64,000 nt of DNA from an uncultured Gemmatimonadaceae bacterium (lineage in GTDB: Bacteria; Gemmatimonadota; Gemmatimonadetes; Gemmatimonadales; Gemmatimonadaceae): assembly GCA_963829055.1 (NCBI GenBank), contig CAWHHI010000020.1, forward strand, positions 64,001 through 128,000. Direction: 5' to 3'. Under the pieces are notes generated by a model, which worked only from the letters and a program-made list of their open reading frames with translations, had not been told where the DNA came from and did not search any database. This document shows positions 11,716-22,829 of the stretch, in pieces (the stretch's first letter is position 1; the number at the start of each line of letters is the position of its first letter). Made by a program: the position numbers and the translations under genes.

Positions 11716-11866
11716 GTCATTCCGAGCGAGCGTAGCGAGTCGAGGAATCGCGCTCGTCCGGATAGAGAGGCCCCTCCGCGACGATCGCGATTCCTCGACT
11801 GCGGCCTGCGGCCTCGCTCGGAATGACGGTCCTCGACTCCGCGCCTCGGCCTCCGCTCGGAATGAC
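11716..11866. repeat. REP/MITE-like palindromic element with a duplicated right arm
   Basis: GTCATTCCGAGCG (11716) pairs with CGCTCGGAATGAC (11815 and 11854); inner AGTCGAGGAATCGCG/CGCGATTCCTCGACT. Confidence 0.8.
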
Positions 11867-11997
11867 GTGTTCCCTAGCCCCATGGCCCAATGGGGCCATG
11901 CCGGCACGTCGCGAAAAAATGGCACGTCCAGGCGAAGTTGCAGCGCTTCGCCACCGGTACCTTCGGCTCACGAATTTCACCTCAGCCGGAGGTACCT

Positions 11998-12294
11998 ATG
12001 AAGAAATACGTGATCGAGCGCCCGATTCCCGGAGTCGGCTCGCTCACCCGAGACGAGCTGCACGCCGCGTCGACGAGGTCCTGCGTCGCCCTCGATGAGC
12101 TCGGACCCGACATTCAGTGGGTCCACAGCTACGTGACGGACGACAAGATCTACTGCGTGTACCTCGCCGCGAACGAGCAGCTCATCCGCGAGCACGCGCG
12201 AGCGCGCGCGATTTCCCGCGGTGAGGATTTCCGCCGTGCGCGCAATGATCGATCCCACGATGCGGATCGCGACGTGCCGGCCGCCGTCGCGTAA
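11998..12294 (+). CDS. DUF4242 protein (frameshift near 12205)
   Basis: KYVIER, IQWVHSYVTDDKIYCVY, FPA...ISAV...IDPT in another frame; GGAGG RBS. Confidence 0.85.
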   Translation: MKKYVIERPIPGVGSLTRDELHAASTRSCVALDELGPDIQWVHSYVTDDKIYCVYLAANEQLIREHARARAISRGEDFRRARNDRSHDADRDVPAAVA

Positions 12295-12355
12295 CTGGTC
12301 GCGACCGTGACGTCCTCGATCCCAAACACTCGAACACTCGACACCGAGACGACAT

Positions 12356-12954
12356 ATGACACGCCTCATCCTCATCCATCGCCTTCGCGCTCGTGCTTTC
12401 CGCCGCGCTGACTGCCTGTCAGGACAACGCGGGATCGACCGGAGCCTGTCATGGCACCCACGTTCGCACGGTCCGCCGGCGACGCCGCGCCGATCACCGA
12501 CGAGACGCAGCTCTCGGAGCTGCGCCGAGTGACCGCCAAGTTCCACTCGATCGACGCGGCGAAGCAGGCCGGTTACTCGACGCAGATCACGCCGTGCTGG
12601 GCGCACCATTCCGCCGGCGGCATGGGCTACCATTTCGGCAACACGAACCTGTTCGACGCGACCGTCGCTCTGCTGCACCCGGAGACGGTGATCTACGAGC
12701 CGCAGGCCGGCGGCCACATGAAGCTGGTGGGAATGGAGTACATCGTTCCGCTGGACGCGTGGGCAGCCGCGAAGCACGATCTGAATGATCCGAACGATGT
12801 GCCGCAGCTCCTGGGACAGCGTTTCACGCGGCATTCCTTCCTGCCGATTTTCAAGCTGCACATCTGGCTGTGGAAGAACAATCCGTCCGGCACGTTCGCG
12901 GACTGGAATCCCAAGGTCTCGTGTCAGTACGCTGACTCGACCGAGGTCTTCTGA
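12356..12954 (+). CDS. Hypothetical lipoprotein (N-terminus frameshifted)
   Basis: Lipobox-like ALTAC; GGMGYHF, PETVIYEP, LHIWLWKNNPSGTFADWNP. Confidence 0.75.
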
Positions 12955-12985
12955 CCGAGGTCGTCCAGCAAGTCGTTAGGCGAAC

Positions 12986-13023
12986 AAGAGGGGAGCGGCG
13001 CCACGCGGCACCGCTCTTCTTTT
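12986..13023 (+). terminator. Rho-independent terminator
   Basis: AAGAGGGGAGCGG...CCGCTCTTCTTTT hairpin with T-tract. Confidence 0.6.
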
Positions 13024-13343
13024 GTCAGTGCAGCGCAGGAGCATCGCGCACGGTTCCAGGTTCAGGTGCCGAACCAGCGCCTCCGCTGAAGACGAAACGT
13101 CAGATAGATCAATCGGTGCGGCGGTACCAGAAGAACAGCGCGTACTTGAGCACGATGAAGGTCGCGGCCACCGCTGAAGGCACGATGTCGCCACATCGAC
13201 GGGCGATACCTAACGTGGAATGCCCGGGTCTGCTGCGCTCCGCGTCACGAGCAGAACGAACGGCGTCGCGGCGAACGCGGCGACGAGCGCCAGCGTCGGG
13301 TACCCCCACGCGCCCACGATCACGCCGGAGAGTGCGCCCGCCG

Positions 13344-14035
13344 ATGCGCCAGCCAGTCGTGCGTGAGCCCATTGCGCGCGCGCACGAGGACGAGCTGCTG
13401 GCGGCGCTGGCTCGACTCCACGGGCGATTCTGGCGCTCAGCAGCGCTCTCGATCCCCTGGCTAGCGCGTGCGTCGTGGACGTCGGAGGTCGTATTCCCGG
13501 CCGTGCTCGACGATACCGCAGCGCTCGCGCTCATGCCGCCCCCGCTTCGCGAATGGCTTCGCCTCGGCTGGGACGCCGCCCTCGCGCGCGTGTCGGCACG
13601 CGCGGCGAGCGTGCTTCGTCTTCCGGCGCGGGTCGTTCACGAAGCATGGGCGACCTGCCGCAGACGCTCGTCCATGGCGACATTAAAGTCGCGAACTTCG
13701 CGGTCATTCCAGACCGCGGCGTCGCCGCATTCGACTGGGCAATGATCGGGGTGGGTCCATCGACGACTGACCTTGGCTGGTACCTCGCCGTGAACGCGAG
13801 CCGGCTCGCGCGCAGCAAGGAGGCGGTCATCGCGCGCTACCGCGAGCTGCTCGAGCGCGAGCTCGGACAGGAGCTCGATGACGCGCTGTGGGCTCGGCTC
13901 GAGGATATCGCCGTGATCTACGGCGCGCGCACCATGCTCTGGGCCAAGGGCGCGCAGGTCGCGACCGGTAGCGACGCGGCGCGGGCCGAGTGGGACTGGT
14001 GGGCCCTGCGGCTCGAGGACGCCGCCAAGCGCTGA
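13344..14035 (+). pseudogene. APH/choline-kinase-like phosphotransferase, 5'-truncated and frameshifted
   Basis: LARLHGRFW, LVHGDIKVANF, FDW, DLGWYL; N-lobe missing. Confidence 0.7.
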
Positions 14036-14200
14036 CCTCGAGAGGGAAGGCGCTCCGTGACGTTAGGCACGGCCAGCCAGGCAGCCTCTACCGCGCGATG
14101 CGTTGCGCGCAGGCCGATCGGTACTTTCTAGCGTCGCACCGTGACGGTAATCTGTCAGGCGACCGGGACACCATCGAATCTCTTTATGGGGAGGTGCGCC

Positions 14201-14629
14201 ATGGATGTTCGACAAACGATTACGCAACTCTACCGTGACTATGAGAATCGGGACCTACCGAAGATTCTGGCCGCGCTGCCGAACGACTTCGTGTTCGAAT
14301 GGCATCATGACCCGACTACGGCCCGGGAGGCCGGCATCTCTCGCAGCAAGGACGAGTTGGTCCACCATCTGAAGGATATTGCAGAACACTTTCGTTTCAA
14401 CGCGTATCACGCAACCAATATCCTGGTCGATGGAGATCGCGCCGCAGCGCAGCTTGAGGCCGACCTGACGTCTGTGGCCACCGGCAGCCGCTTCTCGATC
14501 CAGATCGCTCATTTCTGGTCGTTCGAGGACGGGATTCCGGTGCACCTCGTCGAGTACATGGATTCTGCGGTGATGGCGAGACACAGCACGCCGGCAGAAA
14601 GCGACGCTCCGTCCCCTGTGAGTGCCTAA
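14201..14629 (+). CDS. SnoaL/NTF2-like protein
   Basis: ILVDGDRAAA, HFWSFEDG, VEYMDS; GGAGG RBS; stop lies inside GCCTAAC. Confidence 0.85.
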   Translation: MDVRQTITQLYRDYENRDLPKILAALPNDFVFEWHHDPTTAREAGISRSKDELVHHLKDIAEHFRFNAYHATNILVDGDRAAAQLEADLTSVATGSRFSIQIAHFWSFEDGIPVHLVEYMDSAVMARHSTPAESDAPSPVSA

Positions 14630-14904
14630 CGACGAAAGGAACGCATCGGTTCGGCGTCCACACCTCGCAGCGTGACCGTCGCGATCGTGCCGCGTGGTTC
14701 CGTGCCGACGGTCCCCGCAAAGCGCCGCGCTGGTGTTCGATCGGACGGGATTGCCGGGGCTCCAGGTCATCCAGGATCCACTGGCTTACGAAAGCCGCAC
14801 CCAGCGCTCCAACATGGACGTGTTCGATCGTTGTACCTAGCAGCCGATGCGAAACCAGCCGCTGCCGCGTGAGGGCCGCTGAGCGCAGCCTCAGGAGGCC
14901 GTGT

Positions 14905-15990
14905 TCACATGGGAAGCGGCTCGTGCCTCAGCCGCGCCACGAGCGCCGGGTACCGCGCGTCGCTCCACAGCGGTTCGTACGCCGGAATGGTCGCAAGCCC
15001 GTTGAGGTGCGGGTCACGCTCCTCGAACGCGCGCTCGATCCATTGGATTGCCGTGTCCATGTCACCGAGAGCCACATACGCGTAAGCGACCTGGCAGGAC
15101 GGCGCGTGAGGCAGCTCGTCCGGCGCCTCCAGCTCGGCCAGGATCGCGCGCGCCTCGGCGGCGCGCCCCTGTGTGGCGTGCACGTAGGCATTGAGGGCTC
15201 GGTCGCGGCGACCTCCGACCTCCACCGCGCGTCGAACTTCGCGAAGGGCGTCTTCGTGCCGCGCGAGCGCGAGATACGCGTGCACGAGGATCTCGCGGCC
15301 TAACGTGAAGTACGGTGCGATCTCCACCGCTCGCTCGAGGTAGGGGAGCCCCTGCGTCGCGCGACCGGTCTCCAGATAGATCCACCCAAGCGTCAGGTGC
15401 ATGAACGGGTGCAGCGGATCGCCGGCGAGCGCCCGCAACGCATGCGCCTCCGCGTCGCTGAAATGCCGCTCGCACTTGAGGACGATCGCGTAGAACTGGT
15501 GCGCGTCGGGGTTTCCCGGGTCGAGCTCGATCGCGCGCCGGACGTTGCGCGCGGCGGCCGACACGTCGAGGTCCGATGAGAAGCACACGTGGCCCATCGC
15601 GAGATGCGCGGCGGCGAGCCGGTCGTCGAGCTCCACCGCCCGCGCTGCGACCCGGTGTGCCGGCGCCGCAGTCTCACGTGCCGGCTGATCGCCGACGATG
15701 GGAAGCATAATGTAGCTGTACGCCATGGCGGCCCACGCGGCCGCGAATCCGGGGTCGCGTTCGACCGCTTGCTCGTAGAGCGCGACCGAGCGGCGCAGGG
15801 CGTCGGGGTGCCCCTCGCGCAGGGCGGCGCGTCCCTTGAGATACAGGTCGTGCGCGACGATGTCGGTCGTCGGTGGCCTAACGATCGGACCGTGCCCAGC
15901 GCCGAGCTTCACGCGGAGCGCGTTCACCACCGCCTGCGCGATCTCCTCCTGGACCTCGAACACGTCCGCCGGCGTGCGGTCGTAGGCGCT
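14905..15990 (-). pseudogene. TolB-N/TPR C-terminal fragment of a kinase/regulator, N-terminus absent
   Basis: YDRTPADVFEVQEEIAQAVV, AHDLYLKGR, TPRs, PLWSDARY; upstream sequence unrelated. Confidence 0.75.
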
Positions 15991-16029
15991 CGGCCCTGAC
16001 AAGACGTTTCCGGGTCGGTACCCGCTCAC

Positions 16030-17340
16030 GAGCATCGGACGCGAGCCTTGAGCCGGTGCCGCGCGGCGCGGGCTACCGCGTCCAGCCATGGTGTCGACGC
16101 CGAGCGATGCGGGCCACGAGGTCCGAGACGTCCGAGGCCCTTGCCCTCGAGGGCGAAGGACGACGCTACGCCCGGTGAGCGGAGCCGGGCACGGCGCTGA
16201 GGCGCGCCGATGAGAAGCTCGTCCGCTCAGTCTGTCGCTGGAATGCTCGTTCTCGGGGTCGCCGACCGTGTGAAAGACGCCATCGGATCGGCGATCAGGC
16301 CAGCAGTGCCAGCGTTCGCCAGCGCGGGCACCGCTGAGGAAATCGTGACGAGCGTGTCGCCGCTGTAGCGGAGGCGGCTGAATCCTGGACGCATGTTGCC
16401 CGGCCCCGCCGGACGCGAGGTCTCGGACGAGACGCGCACGCTGGCGGACGTCTGACCTCCGTCGAGCGCGTCGAGAAATACACGTCGTACGCGTCGGCAG
16501 CCGCGGATGGGCGCGTGTCCAGCCACATGACCCCAACCACGCCCGAGTCGCTCACGGCAATGGCGGGTAGGAACTGCGACGCAAGACGCGGCGCCGACAC
16601 GTCTATGAGGGTAGGCGCGCTCCACGAGCACCGCGATTGGACGTCACGACCGCATCGCGGCCAGGGGAGCCCGAATTCGGGGAACGCGGCGTACACCGAT
16701 CGCGATAGCGGCCGATCGCACGTCGGCGAAAGGTCCCGTGTTGTCGCCACGATGCGTCCCCCACGCCAGCGCCCCAGGGTGGAGTCGGCGCTGTACCGTT
16801 GCTGCTCGACGCCTGGGCGCAGCCCGCTGAACGTCGCGCCACCATCGCTGGCGAGCACGGTCGAGTAGGCAGTCATCAGGTTCCCGCGGCTCTCCGGGAG
16901 GCGGAGGTCGGGCCCGGTGTACAGCGGCACGATCACGGCGCCTCGCTCAGCACCACGACGTCGGTCCGGCGATTCCCGGCAGCGTCACCGGACCTCGAAG
17001 GTGCGTCCGTCGTCGGCGGAGCGATGCAGACGCGGGCCAGCGTCGAGGTTGCCCGTCACGTAGATCCGACCCGCGGTCGACCCCGTGGAGTGATCGACCG
17101 CGATGGCGACGCGGTCGTAGCCACGTCCAGGCGGGCCGGCGCGAGCCAGCTCCGCCCGCCATCCTCGGAGCGATACACCGACATGCCCTGCCCGAGGCCG
17201 ACCTGCAGCGCCGTGCCTTTGGGAGTGAACGCGAGCATCGGATCGAACGAGCGAGTTCGGATCTTCGGGAAGCCGTGCGTCGTACCAGGAGACCGCGAAC
17301 GTCGCGTAGGTCTGTTGACGTAACCGCCCGGCGGGAGAGT
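16030..17340 (-). pseudogene. Degraded BNR/Asp-box (sialidase-like) protein
   Basis: YRSEDGGRSW, RSADDGRTF, ASDGGATF, GVVGVMWLDTR spread over several frames. Confidence 0.65.
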
Positions 17341-17440
17341 CAAGGTGATCGCGGTCGCGACGAGATTGCGTGGGTCTGCGGGGACGGCGACAGCGGTTGA
17401 CGACGGAAACGTCGCCGACCCAAGTCACCTGTTCGTTAGG

Positions 17441-17545
17441 CCCGACCGCAATGCGAACGCGACATCGTCCGCGGCCGAGCTCACGCTCGAGTCGGTAGGC
17501 GTCCCCGAGAGCCGATTGCAGGCGTGTCGCGAGATCGTTGACCAC
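17441..17545 (-). pseudogene. N-terminal remnant of a Ser/Thr kinase
   Basis: RLQSALGDAYRLERELG closely matches the start of the kinase at 8205; similarity stops just before CCTAAC. Confidence 0.7.
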
Positions 17546-17827
17546 GGCGCCGCGGCCGAGCGGTGGACGGAGAGAAAACTGTGCATCCCGGCCGTGCCGA
17601 AGGTTTCATCGCGCACGATGTCGTGTCCCTGCCCGTACGCGAACGACAACGCGGATGCCGATCCGTCGCTCGCGTTAGGCGGCGCTGATGTCGACCGTCG
17701 GGCCATTCACCGTCGTCGCGCCCGTGCCGAGACCACCATACGCCACCGGAGTCCACTCGCTGCCGGCGTCGCGACCCGGAGTCTGAAGTCCACCGCCCCG
17801 TGCAGCACGTTAGGCGGCTGCGGGCGA

Positions 17828-18082
17828 CTAGCGAGGAAGCGTGTCCGGGGTGGCAGACGACAGGACAAATCCCGCGTCGATGACTCCCGCGATGCGTCGC
17901 GTGTCGCGAATATCCGCAAGAGGATTCGCCTCCAACAGCACCAGGTCGGCCACGTATCCGGAGTCCACCCTGCCGACACTGCCGGCGATGCCGAGCCAGA
18001 CGCCGTTTCGGTGGAGATGCCCCAACAGGTGCTCGAGCACTGGCGGCCGACACCTGACCGGCCGCCGTCCGAGTGAAACCAA
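17828..18082 (-). pseudogene. Amidohydrolase C-terminal remnant
   Basis: GRVDSGYVADLVLLEANPLADIRDTRRIAGVI. Confidence 0.7.
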
Positions 18083-18198
18083 TGCATCGGCCCAGGCTTG
18101 GCTTGTCGGACTGTGGATGGCGTCTCCGACCGACGGCCCTCGCTGGCCTCCCTCTTAACCCAGGTGAGCTGCGCAAGGGTGTCATTGCCTCGCCATCG

Positions 18199-19557
18199 TT
18201 AGGGTACGCGCGTCGCCGTGGTCACCATCCCGCCCTGATGCCGCACCATGCTCGGCGCCGGCGCCCCCGCGGGAAACTCGAATTGCACGTCGTCGTTATC
18301 GTCCCGCACGAAGCGCTCGCCACCGACGTGCTTGAGGCCGAACGCCGGATTTCCCTGTTGTTGCACGCGGAGGCGGCCGTTCTCGACGAACACCCGAACG
18401 GGCGTACTCCCGACCGCGTACTGCCCGACAAGCCGCTCGAGCGCCGACGCGGCGATCGGTACCGCCGGCAGGTCCTTGATCCCGAGCGCGCGGCGCGCGA
18501 TGAGCCGCTCGAGCTGCACCGCCGTGAGCGCTCCAGTATTGGTCAACACGACGGTCACGAGCGAGTCGTCGGGGTAGTGGTGCAACTCCGAGATGAACCC
18601 GTTGATGCCGCCGTTGTGACTCACCTGCCGGTGTCCGCCGAGCACGCCAGTGCCCAGGCCGAAGCCGTACGTGAGCGGCTTGCCGTCGTTCAGCGTACCC
18701 GGCGTCGACATCAGTTTGTACGACGCCGGGCTCACCACCTTGCCGCTCGACAGCGCGAGGGTCCACGCGGCGAGGTCGTTCACCGTCGAGCAGAGCGAGC
18801 CCGCTGCGTACGGCTGCGTCATGCTCAGCGGCTCGGCGTTGATGAACTTCCCGTCGGGTCGCAGGGCGTACCCCTGCGCGCGGTGCTTGATGAGCGGCGC
18901 CTGGTCACAGTAGATCGTGCTCTTGAGACCTAACGGTGTGAAGAGCTCGTCCTGCACGTACTGCCCATACGTCTTCCCGCTCAGCTTCTCGATGATCATG
19001 CCGAGCAGGAAATAGCCCGAGTTGTCGTACGACCACGCATTGCCCGGCTTGAAGTCGAACGGCTCGTTGGCGAACAGCGCGATCAACGAGTCGGGAGCGA
19101 GGTCGAGCCGCACGCCGCGCGCCCACTTGGGCCCAAGGCTCGTGTAGCTCTTGATCCCGGACGTGTGGTTGAGCAGGTGCCGCACGGTGACGCGGTTCCC
19201 CTGCGCCGGGAAGTTGGGCAGAAACTTCTGCAACGTGTCGTCGAGCGAGAGCTTTCCCTGCTCCATCAGCTTCATGATGGCCGCGCTCGTGAACTGCTTG
19301 GTGATCGAGCCGATGCGGAAGACGGTCTCTGCGGTTGCCGGCACGTCGTTCTCGAGGTCCGCGAAGCCGTACCCCTTCGCGAGGACCGTTCGGCCGTTCT
19401 TCACGACCGCCACGGAGACGCCCGCCGTGCGGTGCTCGGCAACGGCGGCGGTGGCGACCGAGTCGACGTAGCGAACGAGGGCGCGCGTGTCCTGCGCGCG
19501 TGCGGCGGTGGTCACGAGCGCGGCGGCGAGCAGCGCGAGACCGTACGTGTGGCGCAT
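18199..19557 (-). CDS. Secreted serine hydrolase, beta-lactamase class C/AmpC-like family
   Basis: Signal peptide; FRIGSITK (SxxK), LLNHTSG, YDN, HNGG. Confidence 0.9.
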   Translation of the reverse strand: MRHTYGLALLAAALVTTAARAQDTRALVRYVDSVATAAVAEHRTAGVSVAVVKNGRTVLAKGYGFADLENDVPATAETVFRIGSITKQFTSAAIMKLMEQGKLSLDDTLQKFLPNFPAQGNRVTVRHLLNHTSGIKSYTSLGPKWARGVRLDLAPDSLIALFANEPFDFKPGNAWSYDNSGYFLLGMIIEKLSGKTYGQYVQDELFTPLGLKSTIYCDQAPLIKHRAQGYALRPDGKFINAEPLSMTQPYAAGSLCSTVNDLAAWTLALSSGKVVSPASYKLMSTPGTLNDGKPLTYGFGLGTGVLGGHRQVSHNGGINGFISELHHYPDDSLVTVVLTNTGALTAVQLERLIARRALGIKDLPAVPIAASALERLVGQYAVGSTPVRVFVENGRLRVQQQGNPAFGLKHVGGERFVRDDNDDVQFEFPAGAPAPSMVRHQGGMVTTATRVP

Positions 19558-19609
19558 GAGCAATCTGGAGGAGAGGGAGTATTCCGTTCGCATTGACTTA
19601 CGAGCGAGC

Positions 19610-19709
19610 TCGTAAGATGCGGCGGCGGCGCTACCGCTGCCATGCCTCGCCACGCGAACCGCGACGTCTGACGCCGCTCCCTCACGGCACGGGTGCACGC
19701 ACGTTAGGC
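19610..19709 (-). mobile_element. Degenerate attC-like remnant
   Basis: Minus strand GCCTAACGTGCGTGCAC nearly matches the left end of attC 55424-55513 (GCCTAACGTGCGTTGCAC); distal GTT box not found. Confidence 0.45.
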
Positions 19710-19841
19710 GACCGTCTACTCCGGTCGCCCTACGCGCTCGGTGCTGGTGCGAGAGAAAAAAATCATTTGAAATCGCGGCTCGCACATGTATCGTCCAAGG
19801 GCAGCGCGGCATTCTCGTGTCCGGCGACGCCCGAGGCCCTC

Positions 19842-22802
19842 ATGCGCGCAATCTCGTTGGGCCTCACCCTATCGACCGGCGCGTGGGTAGTCGCTCAGCC
19901 TGAACGCTCAGACAATCGCGTATCAGAGCTACGGTGCCAAAGCGGGGATTCCCGTCGCCAATGCCATCGCCTTCGACCCGAACGGGGCGCTCGTCGCCGG
20001 GACGAACGACGGAGTCGTCCGATTCGACGGCTTCCGCTTCGAGCCGGTGCCGCTTCCCGGCCTCGCTCAGGCGCGCATTGTTCGCATCACCGCCGCACCG
20101 GATTCGTCACTCTGGATCCAGAGCGACGCCGGCGACCTGTTCCACCTTGGCGGGGACGACCGGATCACACGGGTGAACGTACCGTCGGTGCTCGCCACCG
20201 AGCTCGCCGCGTATCGCTCCTGGCAGCGCTTGCGAGTCGACACCCGCGGGCACGTCTGGATCAACGGGTGGGGACCAGGGCTGTGGCGCTTCGATCCGGC
20301 GACGACGCGCTGGTCTCACGTCGACCTGCCGGGAGACGAGCGCATCGTCGACTTCTTCTTCGAGGGACCGGACCTCCTCTGGCTCGCCTCCGAGCGAAAA
20401 GTCGGGCGCGTCGCGCTAAACAGCGAGCACGGGACCCCGCCGCAGTGGTCGCCGCTCCCCAGGCGCATCCTGTTCATGCGCCCTCATTCTCCGGGACGTG
20501 CCTGGATCGGCACCGATGCCGGCGTGTACGTGCGGGGCGGCGATGGCTCCATGCGTCGGGCTCTTGGCGGCGAGTACGCCGCGGGCAGGCACGCCGAGCC
20601 TGACGCCGATGCGTCCGGTCGACTGCTCGCGACCGCCGGCGCGATCCTCCCGGGTCAGGGCCGGCGGACGGGCGTCGTACGACTCGGTGGGGACGGGGGC
20701 GTCGAGTTCCCCCGATCGGCTGGCGCGGCGTTCGACGCAGCTCCTGCCGCGACAGTTGTTGTTCGGTCGCGAGGGTGATTTCTGGCTGGCGCACGAGGGC
20801 GGGCTCATTCACGTGGACCAGGAGTACCTCGTGTCCTATCCCCGTACGGGCGCCTAACGGGCCAGCAGAATTCCTCACGGGACTCACCGGCGACTCGGTG
20901 AGCGGGAGTCTCTGGATCAGCACCTGGGGTGGGATGTATCGGCTTCGCAACCAACGGGTCGAGCGCATGAGTGACCTCACCCGTCGCGCCACTACACAAC
21001 CGACGGCGGGCCACGACGGCCGTCACTGGTGGAGGGAGTATGGCGACCTTGGGTTCGTCGCCGATGCTGCCTCACGCGCCGCGCCGACCGGGAGCTCCGA
21101 CCACCTCGTCTACGAGACGCGTGCTGGCGTGAGGTTCGTGGCGCGGCCGGATGGCATGTACCGCATGACGGGGCAACGCGCGGCGCGGATCAGTGGTCGC
21201 CGCTTCGTCTCGGCGTACGTCGCCGAGGCCGGTGATGGACGGATCTGGATGGCGCCGATATCCAGCGTGTCGACGCGCCTCGATACGGTGGAGGGAGACT
21301 CGCTTGGCACGGAGTGCCGGGCCTGTCTGCCGTCATCGCTGCGGGCGGTCCTCGACACGCTGCGGTCTCTGGAAATCGTCGACATGGGAGCGGATGCGTT
21401 CGGGCGCGTGTGGATCGCGGCGGGTCGGTCAGGACTGGTCTGCATCTACCAGACAGAACAGGGTACGTGGGAAAGCCGACGACTCCAAACCAGCGACGGC
21501 CTCCTGAGCGATGAGGTCCACGCGCTTTTTCCCACGCCGGACGGTCGGCTCTGGGTGGGGACACCTCGAGGAGTCCAGGGATTCCGGCTGCGGCCTGGTG
21601 CGCCGAGCCTCGATGCCGTGCTCGAGTTTCGCGCGCGGGATGGGATCTCGCGCGAATTCGTGAGCGCGGTGTTCGAGGATCGTGACGGGTTTCTCTCGGT
21701 TCGGCGCAGCACCCGGCGAGCTCCATCGACTCGACTACCGACACATGCCGCGTCTGAGCTCTCCCCGCGTACGCCTAACCAGGCTGGAGATCGACGGCGT
21801 GCGACAACGCGAGAGCAACGAGCCGCTCCGGCTTCGCGCAGGCAACAGCCATTCGTCGATAACCCTCGCGGCGCAGACGTACCGTCAGGAAGAGCGGGTG
21901 CGCGTCGAGTACCGGCTCGCGTCGAGTGACACCTCGTGGACGATCCTCGGGTCCGGGCGCACGATTCAGATCGCGTCGATCGCGCCGGGTCGGCACCGTT
22001 TCGAGGCGCGCGCCGTGAGACCGGGCGAGCCTCCCGGACCAGTGGTGCGGCAGGACTTCGTTGCGACACCGCTGTTCTACCGAACCTGGTGGTTCGCCAT
22101 CGCCGTCATCATCGCGTTCGCATTGCCACCGGCGCTCTGGTATCGAAACCGTGTGGAGCGGCGGCTGGCCATCGAGAGGCTCCGCCTTCGCATCGCCACG
22201 GATCTGCATGACGACCTTGGCAGCGGCCTCACGCAGGTGTCGTTGTACAGCGAGTTGATACGCCGCGCATCGGAGCCCCAGGTCGCCGCATGGGCCGAGC
22301 AGGTCGGTGACCAGGCGCGTTCGCTCTCCGAAGGGATGCGCGACATCATTCTGGGCAATTCATCCGCAGCACGAGAGCTGGGAGTCACTGGAGTCACGGA
22401 TCAAGGACTACGCGGTCGCCCTGCTCGCCCCCCGCGGCATCCGGCTCGACATGCAGGGAACTGCGGAGCGCACGTCGCCGCCCGGCCTGTCGACCGACGT
22501 GCGCCACAACGTGCTGCTGCTGGTGAAGGAAGCGCTGCATAACGCGGTGCGCCACGCGGGGAGCAGGTCCATCGAGATCCGCTGGCACATCACCACAAAC
22601 CGGCTGCTGCTCACCGTTCGAGACGACGGAGCGGGCTTCGAGCCATTCTCGGGAATCGGGCGGGAACGGGCTCGAGAACTTCCGGCGACGTGCCGCAGCG
22701 ATTCGTGCCGAGCTTCGGCTGGATACCGCGCCCGGCGACGGGACGCGTGTCGAAGTCGACGTACCGTTGCGAGGGCGGCGGCCGAGCTACCCGAGTATGT
22801 AG
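19842..22802 (+). CDS. Sensor histidine kinase: regulator beta-propeller, Y_Y_Y, HisKA_3, HATPase (several frameshifts)
   Basis: DGLLSDEV, FYRTWWF, RIATDLHDDLGSGLT, KEALHNAVRHA, DDGAGF, GNGLENF...GDGTRV. Confidence 0.85.
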
Positions 22803-22803
22803 T
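22787..22803. promoter_or_regulatory. Putative response-regulator site, copy 1
   Basis: CTACCCGAGTATGTAGT (CTAC-N8-GTAG), identical to 23513-23529. Confidence 0.6.
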
Positions 22804-22829
22804 AGGCAGCGTTCGCCACGCCGACTAGA

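Noticed and set aside
18199..19557. Bona fide beta-lactam resistance gene
   Set aside because: Motifs fit the broad serine hydrolase/peptidase family (YDN, HNGG) with an extra C-terminal domain; activity cannot be inferred
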